This document shows, piece by piece, positions 25,826-34,220 of a DNA stretch of 64,000 bases; within the stretch, counting starts at the first letter, position 1; every line of letters starts with the position of its first letter. A program made the translations under genes and the position numbers. The DNA is from a virus (Duplodnaviria > Caudoviricetes). The notes beneath the pieces were generated by a model, which saw nothing but the letters and a program-made list of their open reading frames with translations, did not search any database and was not told the origin of the DNA. The stretch covers positions 11,660 to 75,659 of the IMG/VR virus record IMGVR_UViG_2928768511_000002; one strand, 5' to 3'.

Positions 25826-28084
25826 ATGGAAAACAAGATCATCTTTCATGCGAACATCGATGATGATCCTACGGACTTCACCCGTCTGCAGGACTTCGCC
25901 GAGGCCTCGCTCGACCACGTCGTCCTCGACGGCATCAGCGACCTGACGAAGTACACCGGCTTCGGTGTGACCAAGTCCGCGGTCACCCAGATTTCGGTTG
26001 CTCCGGGTCGCCTCTATTCGGCCGGCAAGGTCTACAGTTCGGGCTCGACCGCGTGGTCCAAGGACTTCATCACCCAGCTCCCCGTTGCCGGCAAGAAGAT
26101 CGCCTGCATCGTGTCCTGGGGTTCGGAGTCGGACACGGACGTGCGTCCGCGTCAGTTCCTGATCAACGCTGAGACCCGTCAGGCCGAGCCGCAGGCTGTG
26201 CCACTGGTTCACGCCCGCGTGGCGAACCTGAACGTGGTCATCGGCAACGAAGCGCCCGATCCGGTCGCTCCGCTGGTCGACGTCGGCTACACGGTCATCG
26301 CGCAGGTCGTCCTGACGCCGACCGGTGTCGACACGATCAAGATGATCGAGGACAACAAGCTTCCGAGCGTTCAGCGCCATGAAGAGCGCATCATCGACCT
26401 CGAAACGTTCGAGGAGACGGCCGGCCTCCAGATCAAGACCCTGTCAACGGACATCGCCGCGCTCAAGCAGGCGGCGAACCGCGGCGAGGTCGACCAGGCC
26501 ACCATGGGTCGCACCCTGACCCGATTGGCGGTGCTCGAGTCCAAGAACGGCGTCCTCTACACGGCGATCGATTCAAGCGCGAACTTCTTCCTCGACCATT
26601 CGAAGTCGAAGCTCGACGACCCGCTGTCGCACGCGAAGGTCGAAGAGGGTATCCGTATGCCAGCGGCGGCCGAAGGGGTGTCCGCGCTCAGCATCTTCAA
26701 TCCGCTGGATCCGAACGCCACGATCAAGAATGGCCTCATGCTCCCGTCCTACACCCGGGAAGCCTGGCTGCAGTCTGGCAGCATCAGCGGCGAGGTGCAG
26801 GTTGCCGCATATTCCGTGTCGTCCTTCGACATGGTGCAGAAGACGATCGCGCGTCAGCGCATCCGTTACGGCAACGAGTTCATCGTCTGTACGAACAGCC
26901 TTTGGTGGCAGACCGGACAGTTCGACGGCGTCAGCCGCTTCTTCCGTGCCGGTGAGATCTACGAGGTCCTGAACCCTGGCGACGCTTGGGGTCACAGCTG
27001 GATGCGCGTGCGCCAGATCTGGATCGACACTTACGACGAAGCGTACTGGGACAAGATCACGACCACCACCACGGTGACCGGCACCCAGATCGCTGAGACT
27101 TGGCTCCAAGGCCAGAACATGTGGCTCGACGCTGTCGGCGTCTGCTTCACCCGTCTGGCGGCGTCCGGCTCAGCGCACATCGCAATCGTCGAGGTGTCTG
27201 ACTATGGCTTGCCGAACCTGAAGCAGTGTATCGCCCAGACCACGCTGCTCCGCGAGAACATGAAGCTCAATGCGGAGACGGTGGTTCCGCTGCAACCGAC
27301 CTATCTCTCGGCTGGTAAGCGGTACGCGCTGGTCATCACCACTGCTGCCGACCACTGGGTCGCTGTCGTTCCTGGCCAGCAGTTCACGCAGGGCACGTTC
27401 TTCTACGTTCTCGACGGCGCCTATGCGCAGGGCGATGCGTTCAAGGACCTCTGGATGCGTCTGTACCGCTGCAAATTCAACACGGCCCGTGCGGTCATCA
27501 CGTTGAACCCGTTGCAGCTGCCCGGTGGCATCCTGGCGATCGATCTGATCGCCGGCACGATCATCCCGGATGGCACGTCGCTGACGTACGAGATCCAGGT
27601 TGGCTCACAATGGTTCAACCTGATCGACGTCGACAAGTACATGCTTGGACAGGGCGGCACGATCCCGCCGCTGCTGCCTCTGCGGGCCGTCTACATGGGC
27701 TCGGTCGACTGTATGCCGGGGCTCAACCTCATCGATAGCTCGGTCCATGTGTCTCGGCCGGACGTCTACGCACAGCACGTCACCACGACGCGCACGCTGC
27801 CGGCTCCGTCGACGCAGATCCGGGTCATCGAGCGGTATGAGGGCTTCGATCCGATCTACCACACCGCGAGCTGCAAGCTGCTCACCGGTGCGCCTGGCTT
27901 CGGAACGCAGGTCTCTCCGTCCAGCGTGTCGACCTTCATCGACCCCAACGACGGCGCATACGAGCGAACCTACGTGTTCAATCTCGGCGCTGCGGTCACG
28001 CAGTACCGAGTCCTGACGCGAACCGACACCTCGACCAACCAGCGTGTGTTCCACGTCGGTTGGCAGAAGGACTACGCGCTGTAA
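25826..28084 (+). CDS. Large baseplate/tail-associated structural protein (752 aa)
   Basis: Position after gpI; beta-rich. Confidence 0.7.
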   Translation: MENKIIFHANIDDDPTDFTRLQDFAEASLDHVVLDGISDLTKYTGFGVTKSAVTQISVAPGRLYSAGKVYSSGSTAWSKDFITQLPVAGKKIACIVSWGSESDTDVRPRQFLINAETRQAEPQAVPLVHARVANLNVVIGNEAPDPVAPLVDVGYTVIAQVVLTPTGVDTIKMIEDNKLPSVQRHEERIIDLETFEETAGLQIKTLSTDIAALKQAANRGEVDQATMGRTLTRLAVLESKNGVLYTAIDSSANFFLDHSKSKLDDPLSHAKVEEGIRMPAAAEGVSALSIFNPLDPNATIKNGLMLPSYTREAWLQSGSISGEVQVAAYSVSSFDMVQKTIARQRIRYGNEFIVCTNSLWWQTGQFDGVSRFFRAGEIYEVLNPGDAWGHSWMRVRQIWIDTYDEAYWDKITTTTTVTGTQIAETWLQGQNMWLDAVGVCFTRLAASGSAHIAIVEVSDYGLPNLKQCIAQTTLLRENMKLNAETVVPLQPTYLSAGKRYALVITTAADHWVAVVPGQQFTQGTFFYVLDGAYAQGDAFKDLWMRLYRCKFNTARAVITLNPLQLPGGILAIDLIAGTIIPDGTSLTYEIQVGSQWFNLIDVDKYMLGQGGTIPPLLPLRAVYMGSVDCMPGLNLIDSSVHVSRPDVYAQHVTTTRTLPAPSTQIRVIERYEGFDPIYHTASCKLLTGAPGFGTQVSPSSVSTFIDPNDGAYERTYVFNLGAAVTQYRVLTRTDTSTNQRVFHVGWQKDYAL

Positions 28085-28102
28085 GCGCAGAAAGAACCGT
28101 CA

Positions 28103-28318
28103 ATGGCAAAAGCAAAGAACGCGGCCACCGAAGAGGTGGTCGCGGTGGAGCCGCAGGCTCCCGAACCGGCTCCGATCATGTATGAGGTAACCCTGAACGG
28201 TCGCTTCACTCACATGGACTTTCCCTACCTGCCTTCGCATCACCACATCGTCGACAAGGCGATCTACGATGCGATGGTCGAAGCGGGGGTAGTTGCCGAT
28301 GTCAAGCAACTTTCCTGA
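28103..28318 (+). CDS. Small tail-module protein (71 aa)
   Basis: Coupled within the tail operon. Confidence 0.6.
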   Translation: MAKAKNAATEEVVAVEPQAPEPAPIMYEVTLNGRFTHMDFPYLPSHHHIVDKAIYDAMVEAGVVADVKQLS

Positions 28319-29993
28319 GCTTGTATTCAGCGACGACGAAGACTTCACGGCAGACCGATTGAACTTGGCGATGCAGGTGCTGGATCAGCGCCTGCGTTCG
28401 CTGGAGCCTTTTTCTCCGAGCTGGGAGCAGGCGGTCAACGATCTGCGTCTGGTCGGACTCTCTCGACTGAACGACGCCATCCTGCCGGCGTATCAGCGCA
28501 TCCAGCTGCTGTCCACGCTCGGCTTCCTGTTTGCTGGCTCGTCCAGCGAAGTCACTCTTACCCAGGACATGACCGCGACGTTTGTCATTGACGACGAGAC
28601 GGAAAAGTCCCTGTTCACCCCGACGCCATTCCTGGCGCTGACCCGCTCCTCGACGATCGATGACTATGCGATTGCGCAGTTGATCTCGTATGAGCAGGCG
28701 ACCGGCACCTTGATGGTGAAGGTCAAATCGATCACCGGCAGCCCTGGTCCTTTCACGGACTGGCAGATCGGCGCCTGTGCGGCGTCAACCATCGCGGCGA
28801 TGGCCTACTTCACGCAGATCGATGCGGCCCGCAACGCAGCCAACGTTGCAAAGGCAGCAACAGCTGCCGACCGCGTACAGACCGGTCTCGACCGCATCCA
28901 GACGGGTGTGGATCGGAATGCCGCGGCGCAGTCGGCTGTAGCAGCGTCTGCCTCTGCTGACCGAGCCGGCACCTGGGATCCGACCAACTACGCCCTCAAG
29001 TCGTATGTGGACGGCAAGATCCAAGCGCTGGTCGGCACCGCGCCGGCCACCCTCGACACGCTCGCGGAAATCGCGGCGCAGATGCAGGCGGACGAGAGCG
29101 GCTTTGCCGCGCTGTCCACCACGGTCTCCGGCAAGCTGACGGCAACGCAGAACCTGAACGACCTGACCGACAAGGCACAGGCTCGCATCAATCTGGGCGT
29201 CACTTTCGCCAACCCGACCAGCAAGTCGGGCCTAACGGCGGCGAACGGGTCGGCCGTTACCTACATGCGGTCTGATGCTGCACCTGCGATCGACGTTTCG
29301 ATCGCGCCGACCTGGACCAACAAGCACATCTTCCAGTGGAACTCTGGAGCGACATACTGCATCAACGTCCAGACCTATGGCGGCTTGACCATCTACGCGC
29401 CGGACCAGGGCTCGGCGTTCATGACGTTCCATCGCGGCGCATACGCGAGCCAGTTTGGGCTCGACGGTGACAACTACTACCGATGGGGTGGTTGGTCGGA
29501 TGGTGCTGGCGGAGTCCGTATGTACCTGAGCCCTGGTGGCTTGTTGTACAGTGCAGGTTACGGCGCCTCGACGACGCCTGTTGGTGGTCAGGTGCGCGCG
29601 GCCGGCGACATCATCTACGGCCTGTCGGATCAACGTCTGAAGGACGACATCCAGATCATTGAAGATGCTCTGGAGAAGATCGACCAGCTCGATGGCGTCA
29701 CCTGGGTTCAGAGCGATCTGGCCCGCGAGGTTGGTGCACCGGTTCAAGACCGTCGCAAGGCCGGTCTGTTGGCGCAGCAGCTGGAGAAGGTTCTGCCCGA
29801 AGCGGTCGGCCTGGCTCCGTTCGACACGAACAAGCTGATGAAGAGCCGTACGGGCTTGAACCTGCTGAACATCCAGTACGAGCAGGTTTCTGGTCTGCTG
29901 GTGGAAGGCATCAAGGCGCTGAAGCGCAAGAACGACGCGCTCGAAGACCGAGTCGCACGGCTCGAAGCGATCATCGAGAAGCTGGGGGTGTAA
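28299..29993 (+). CDS. Tail fibre with C-terminal peptidase S74 intramolecular chaperone
   Basis: APATLDTLAEIA fibre motif; SDQRLKDDIQII...AGLLAQQLEKVLPEAV...QYEQVSGLLVEGIKAL. Confidence 0.9.
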   Translation: MSSNFPELVFSDDEDFTADRLNLAMQVLDQRLRSLEPFSPSWEQAVNDLRLVGLSRLNDAILPAYQRIQLLSTLGFLFAGSSSEVTLTQDMTATFVIDDETEKSLFTPTPFLALTRSSTIDDYAIAQLISYEQATGTLMVKVKSITGSPGPFTDWQIGACAASTIAAMAYFTQIDAARNAANVAKAATAADRVQTGLDRIQTGVDRNAAAQSAVAASASADRAGTWDPTNYALKSYVDGKIQALVGTAPATLDTLAEIAAQMQADESGFAALSTTVSGKLTATQNLNDLTDKAQARINLGVTFANPTSKSGLTAANGSAVTYMRSDAAPAIDVSIAPTWTNKHIFQWNSGATYCINVQTYGGLTIYAPDQGSAFMTFHRGAYASQFGLDGDNYYRWGGWSDGAGGVRMYLSPGGLLYSAGYGASTTPVGGQVRAAGDIIYGLSDQRLKDDIQIIEDALEKIDQLDGVTWVQSDLAREVGAPVQDRRKAGLLAQQLEKVLPEAVGLAPFDTNKLMKSRTGLNLLNIQYEQVSGLLVEGIKALKRKNDALEDRVARLEAIIEKLGV

Positions 29994-29994
29994 G

Positions 29995-30228
29995 ATGGCC
30001 GTTCCGTCATCTGGCGCTGTCGGCTTCTCGACCGTCAACTCCGTCTTCGGCTACGGCATCGCGATGAGCAGCTACGTCGGCCGGCCCTACTACTACTACG
30101 AAGTGAACTGGGGCGTTAGGTCCGGCACCTTCCCAGGCTCCAACTTCCCGATGTCTCTCTTCTACGGGAAATCCAACCACGACGAATGGAACTGCGCCTG
30201 CGCCTGCGCCTGCGCGTGCGGCAAGTGA
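29995..30228 (+). CDS. 77-aa protein with C-terminal (Cys-Ala)4-Cys motif; candidate modified substrate
   Basis: MAVPSSGAVGFS...MSLFYGKS...EWNCACACACACGK. Confidence 0.8.
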   Translation: MAVPSSGAVGFSTVNSVFGYGIAMSSYVGRPYYYYEVNWGVRSGTFPGSNFPMSLFYGKSNHDEWNCACACACACGK

Positions 30229-30234
30229 GGATCA

Positions 30235-30555
30235 ATGACCAAGCCACCGAGCACCACCTTCAGCTACCGGATCAATCACTGGAGCAAGGACGGCTGGGCT
30301 CGAGTCGAGTATCGGCACGAGACGCTCGGTAGCTTGGTCAAGCAGGTCTTCATCCCGCTGAACCATTCGGAAGAGGAGCAGCGTGGCGCCGTCATCATGC
30401 AGTTCCCCTGGCAATCCTTCCACGCCAGGTATCTTGAAATGTTGGCGCAGGCGGCTGCTCCGGCCCCTGCGGCAATGGAAGGACAATTCACGCACCGCAT
30501 CGATCGTCCCATGGAGGATCCGGTCGGTTTGCCCATGGAAACCCAAAAGGTGTAG
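30235..30555 (+). CDS. Hypothetical protein (106 aa)
   Basis: GAGG RBS overlapping the previous stop. Confidence 0.7.
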   Translation: MTKPPSTTFSYRINHWSKDGWARVEYRHETLGSLVKQVFIPLNHSEEEQRGAVIMQFPWQSFHARYLEMLAQAAAPAPAAMEGQFTHRIDRPMEDPVGLPMETQKV

Positions 30556-30557
30556 CG

Positions 30558-31103
30558 ATGCAGTTCAGGCGCATCCGTTTCGAGAACTTCACGATCACGA
30601 TCTTCACGGCGCATGCCGGCGAAGAGAGGGTCTGTCCTCCGTCTGAACTAACCCGCGGCCTGACCGCGTCAGACGCTCCGGCCATCGCTCACCTGCTCGA
30701 AGGCAAGGATGATGCTCGGCCGCTCCACACCATTCCGGTGTACACCAAGGGAGGCTTCGAGGCTCTCGGCGGCGATCACGCGCCGGACCCTCGCCCGGCT
30801 GGTAGCGGCGCCACTCAGTTCGTGAGGGGCATCGACAACTACAAGCTCCGCGCCACAGCGGCGGATAGCGAATATCACTGCATCACCCCGAAGAGCAAAG
30901 AGCCGGTGTTCTGGCAGCGCTCATTCGTCGGCGGGAAGGCCGGCGACACGTTCGAGGTTCTGCCCAACAGCTACCTCTACATCGCAGAGGGCAAGATCGA
31001 GCTGGCTCACCGAACGTTCGTCGGCCCCACGATGCTTGAGATCACCAAGCCGCACACGGCCAAGATCACCGATCCGGTGATGGGCGCCAAGCTCTGGCGC
31101 TGA
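30558..31103 (+). CDS. Hypothetical protein, possibly cupin-like (181 aa)
   Basis: Beta-rich C-terminus SYLYIAEGKIEL...FVGPTMLEI. Confidence 0.6.
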   Translation: MQFRRIRFENFTITIFTAHAGEERVCPPSELTRGLTASDAPAIAHLLEGKDDARPLHTIPVYTKGGFEALGGDHAPDPRPAGSGATQFVRGIDNYKLRATAADSEYHCITPKSKEPVFWQRSFVGGKAGDTFEVLPNSYLYIAEGKIELAHRTFVGPTMLEITKPHTAKITDPVMGAKLWR

Positions 31104-31113
31104 AAGGAGCCCC

Positions 31114-31743
31114 ATGCCCACGATCCGCTTCCTGACGCCTGCCGACTTTGGCGATATGTGCGACATCATCGACAAGCACAGCAGCGGCATGGGCGCATGG
31201 TGCAACGATCCGAGCGCCCCGGTGAAACCGAACTTCCGCCAGCTCGCGAAGGACCATGTGGACCTTTGCTTCGAGCAGGCTATGTCGAACTTCTGGGGCT
31301 ATTTTGACGACTCCGGCAAGCTCGTCGCCTGGGTCAACTTCACCCGATGGGCTGATCCGATCAACATCACCATCCGCTCCGTAATCGAAGATCCGGACGC
31401 CGACCTGCCGCGCCGCGTTGGCGCTGTCTGGTCGGAAGCCGCGGTCGATCTGGTGAACTGGGGCATGGGGTACTTCTGGTCGGAGGGCGTCGAGAATTTC
31501 TGGTGCCGCATGTATGCCGGCAAAGAGGATCGGCACATCTCGGATCACCCCAACTGCATGCTGACTCAATACCAGCGCGAAAGGGTCAAGTTCATCCGGG
31601 CCGGCGAGCAACCGCCGCCCGAGTATCGCAGGGTCAGCTGGTCGCCGTTTGACGACGACACAGCGATCTATCGGTTCTCCGACACATTGCCGCTGCTGGC
31701 GTATCTCGAAAGTGCAAATGATCCGACTGGAAATGCTGAGTGA
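31114..31743 (+). CDS. Possible GNAT-fold protein (209 aa)
   Basis: N-terminal IRFLTPADF and WGYFDDSGKLVAWV strand pattern; fold call tentative. Confidence 0.5.
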   Translation: MPTIRFLTPADFGDMCDIIDKHSSGMGAWCNDPSAPVKPNFRQLAKDHVDLCFEQAMSNFWGYFDDSGKLVAWVNFTRWADPINITIRSVIEDPDADLPRRVGAVWSEAAVDLVNWGMGYFWSEGVENFWCRMYAGKEDRHISDHPNCMLTQYQRERVKFIRAGEQPPPEYRRVSWSPFDDDTAIYRFSDTLPLLAYLESANDPTGNAE

Positions 31744-33016
31744 GAACGGAGAGGTCGTGCCTCTGTTCTACGATCAGCACACCTCACGTCTGCTCGACAA
31801 GGACGGCTTCAAGGCCGTCGACTACACCAACAACCCGATGTATGACCCGGAGCCATCGCAGCGCCGGCCGTTCATCGCGGTGGACTACGATCAGCCAGGG
31901 CGTAAGGTCCGCGAGGTCCGGAAGCTGAAGATCCAGCTCGGCCTCGGCTGCAACAAGTCCTGCTCATACTGCCTCCAGGCGATACAGGTTCAGAAGGCCG
32001 CGGCGACAAGCACGCGGGATGCGTCGGAATTTCTGGCGAACATCGACGGCTGGATCGTCAACCCGGAGGGGATGGAGAAGGTCGAGCTTTGGGGTGGCGA
32101 GCCGCTGCTCTACTGGAAGAAGATCGAGATCCTCGCCCCGGCGTTGATCACGAAGTTCCCGAACGCTCAGTTCTCGATCATCACGAACGGCGAGCTGCTC
32201 ACTCGAGAGATCGTCGATCAGCTCAAGGCCTGGAATTTCTCTCTGACCATCAGCCACGATGGCCCGGGGCAGGCGGTAAGGGGAGACGACCCGTTCGAAG
32301 ACCCTCACAAATTTGCCATGATCCAGTACGCGCAGAAGACGTTTCATCCGCGCTTCTCGTTCAACGCTGTGCTCACCCCTAAGAGCCACGACGTCAACGC
32401 CATCATCGACTGGTTCCACGATTACTTCCCGGGCTGCAACGTCGGCTTCGAGGGAGTCGTTCACAGCTACGCCAGCGACCCGGCATCGATCTTCTCGATC
32501 GAGCAGTTGGCGCAGTTCAGCGACACGCTGTCCCGACAGCTGGCCGATGGATCGGCTCTCCGATCCCCGGCGATCATGGACAAGCTGCGCAGGTCGGTGA
32601 ACTCGTTCGTCAATGAGCAGTCCTCGAAGACGCTGTTCCAGAAGTGCGGCATGGACATGCCGGAGTATCTGGCGGTCGACCTGAAGGGCAACGTCATGAC
32701 CTGCCAGAACGTGGGCGCCAACGGCAACCACAAGATCGGGCACGTCAGCGACTTCGAGAACATCGCGCTCAACACCTCCAAGCACTGGAGCAAGCGCCCA
32801 GAGTGCCAGAGCTGCCCCGTGCTGCAGCTTTGCCAAGGCGCCTGCATGTACCAGGGAGGGGACAACTGGACGCACAGCTGCAACGCTGAGTTCTTCTACA
32901 ACCTGGCCTTCTTCAGGGCCGCGCTCTTCATCCTCACGGGACGATGGCTGGTTGGTTTCAGCGGCGACATCGTGCGTCCGAAACTGAAGAAGGATCGCGA
33001 TGTCGAAGTTCGCTGA
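31718..33016 (+). CDS. Radical SAM/SPASM domain enzyme
   Basis: CNKSCSYC (CxxxCxxC), WGGEPLL, ITNG, ISHDG; SPASM C-x13-G-x4-C ... CQSCPVLQLCQGAC ... C. Confidence 0.92.
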   Translation: MIRLEMLSENGEVVPLFYDQHTSRLLDKDGFKAVDYTNNPMYDPEPSQRRPFIAVDYDQPGRKVREVRKLKIQLGLGCNKSCSYCLQAIQVQKAAATSTRDASEFLANIDGWIVNPEGMEKVELWGGEPLLYWKKIEILAPALITKFPNAQFSIITNGELLTREIVDQLKAWNFSLTISHDGPGQAVRGDDPFEDPHKFAMIQYAQKTFHPRFSFNAVLTPKSHDVNAIIDWFHDYFPGCNVGFEGVVHSYASDPASIFSIEQLAQFSDTLSRQLADGSALRSPAIMDKLRRSVNSFVNEQSSKTLFQKCGMDMPEYLAVDLKGNVMTCQNVGANGNHKIGHVSDFENIALNTSKHWSKRPECQSCPVLQLCQGACMYQGGDNWTHSCNAEFFYNLAFFRAALFILTGRWLVGFSGDIVRPKLKKDRDVEVR

Positions 33017-33731
33017 ACTGGTGGGGATTCTTGACAAAATACCCCACCTGTTCTTAGAAAAGGCCTACGATGCGACACGTCTACAAAACGAGTTAGACGC
33101 CATCGATCCGGCACTTTTCGTGCCCTTCCGTTCCAAGAGCAGAAACGCTGACCACATCGCCGAGTTCTGGCGAGGTCTTTCGCTGGTCGCTCCGAGCGGA
33201 TCTCTCCATGACGATTTGACCGAGGTTCCATACGAAGGCCGTACAGGCTACGTCTGGACCCTGGTCGCCGAGAGCAGCCCCTACATCAAGCAGCTCGTGA
33301 CCGAGCTTGGCGGGGAGGGGCAGCGCGCGCGGCTCATGTGCGTGAAGGCAGGCGGCAGTCTGACCTGGCACCGCCATGGATCAGAGCTTTCGATGATCGT
33401 CGGCGCCCACGGCCGGCGGCCGAACTGGTACGAGCTGATCGTCCACGTCCCCATCCGCACCAACCCGGACTTCAGCTACGAGGTCATCGACACTCGGGTC
33501 TACGAGCTGGCGGACTACTCGGCCGGGAAGCTGGAGATCCACCGGAAGAACTACCCGCAGGGCGAGGCCTGGGCGTTCAACGGTGCTCACTACCACAACG
33601 TCTTCAACCGCTCCGAGACCGAAGACCGCTACGCCATCATGCTGACCCTCGACATCAGGATGAGGAAGACGTTCGACATCGTGTCGAAGGCGGTCGAGAG
33701 CTACGAGGGGCCACTCCTGACAGGGCTCTGA
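33000..33731 (+). CDS. Aspartyl/asparaginyl beta-hydroxylase-like 2OG-Fe(II) oxygenase
   Basis: RARLMCVKAGGSLTWHRH, IVHVPIRTNP, GEAWAFNGAHYHNVFN...RYAIML. Confidence 0.8.
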   Translation: MSKFAELVGILDKIPHLFLEKAYDATRLQNELDAIDPALFVPFRSKSRNADHIAEFWRGLSLVAPSGSLHDDLTEVPYEGRTGYVWTLVAESSPYIKQLVTELGGEGQRARLMCVKAGGSLTWHRHGSELSMIVGAHGRRPNWYELIVHVPIRTNPDFSYEVIDTRVYELADYSAGKLEIHRKNYPQGEAWAFNGAHYHNVFNRSETEDRYAIMLTLDIRMRKTFDIVSKAVESYEGPLLTGL

Positions 33732-33732
33732 A

Positions 33733-34155
33733 ATGGAAACCATCATCTCCGCGAAGCCGCCCGACGTGCTCGCGGACAACTTCATTGTCGCCACGAACGA
33801 AGACTGGGTTCGTGAGTGGCAAATCAAGAACAGCGGCGTGATCGTCCCGATTCAGCCCGACTGGAAGCTGTACATGCAGCTGCAGCGGACATCGACCGGC
33901 GATCTTGGCGTGACGTGCTCTACCGACAATGGCCGCCTCGTGGTCGTCGATCAGGGCGCCGGCAAGTTCGGTCTCAGGCTGAAGCAGGCGGACGCCGCCC
34001 AGATCAGCCCTGCGGGCTACCAATATGACATCGTCCTCGTTGCTGGCGATGGCATCTACCGCCTGGTGACAGGCACCATCACGGTCGACCAGGGGATCAC
34101 CAACATCCCCGGCCAGGAGAAGTGGATTCACTATCCGCTGATCCTTCGACCGTAA
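33733..34155 (+). CDS. BppU-like Ig-fold adaptor protein
   Basis: YQYDIVLV...RLVTGTITVDQGIT motif. Confidence 0.65.
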   Translation: METIISAKPPDVLADNFIVATNEDWVREWQIKNSGVIVPIQPDWKLYMQLQRTSTGDLGVTCSTDNGRLVVVDQGAGKFGLRLKQADAAQISPAGYQYDIVLVAGDGIYRLVTGTITVDQGITNIPGQEKWIHYPLILRP

Positions 34156-34180
34156 CTCATCGCCAACAACACACCTCCAC

Positions 34181-34210
34181 GCCGCCCCCTTCCGGGCGGC
34201 CTTTTTGTTT
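34181..34210 (+). terminator. Intrinsic terminator
   Basis: GCCGCCC/GGGCGGC stem then CTTTTTGTTT. Confidence 0.65.
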
Positions 34211-34220
34211 GGGAGAACCC

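Noticed and set aside
25826-30228. Diversity-generating retroelement or invertible fibre switch
   Set aside because: No reverse transcriptase, TR/VR pair, invertase or flanking inverted repeats seen.
30226-30237. In-frame TGA-GGA-TCA-ATG suggesting read-through or Sec fusion of the Cys peptide with the next ORF
   Set aside because: The spacing is explained by a GAGG RBS overlapping the stop; no SECIS or Sec machinery seen.
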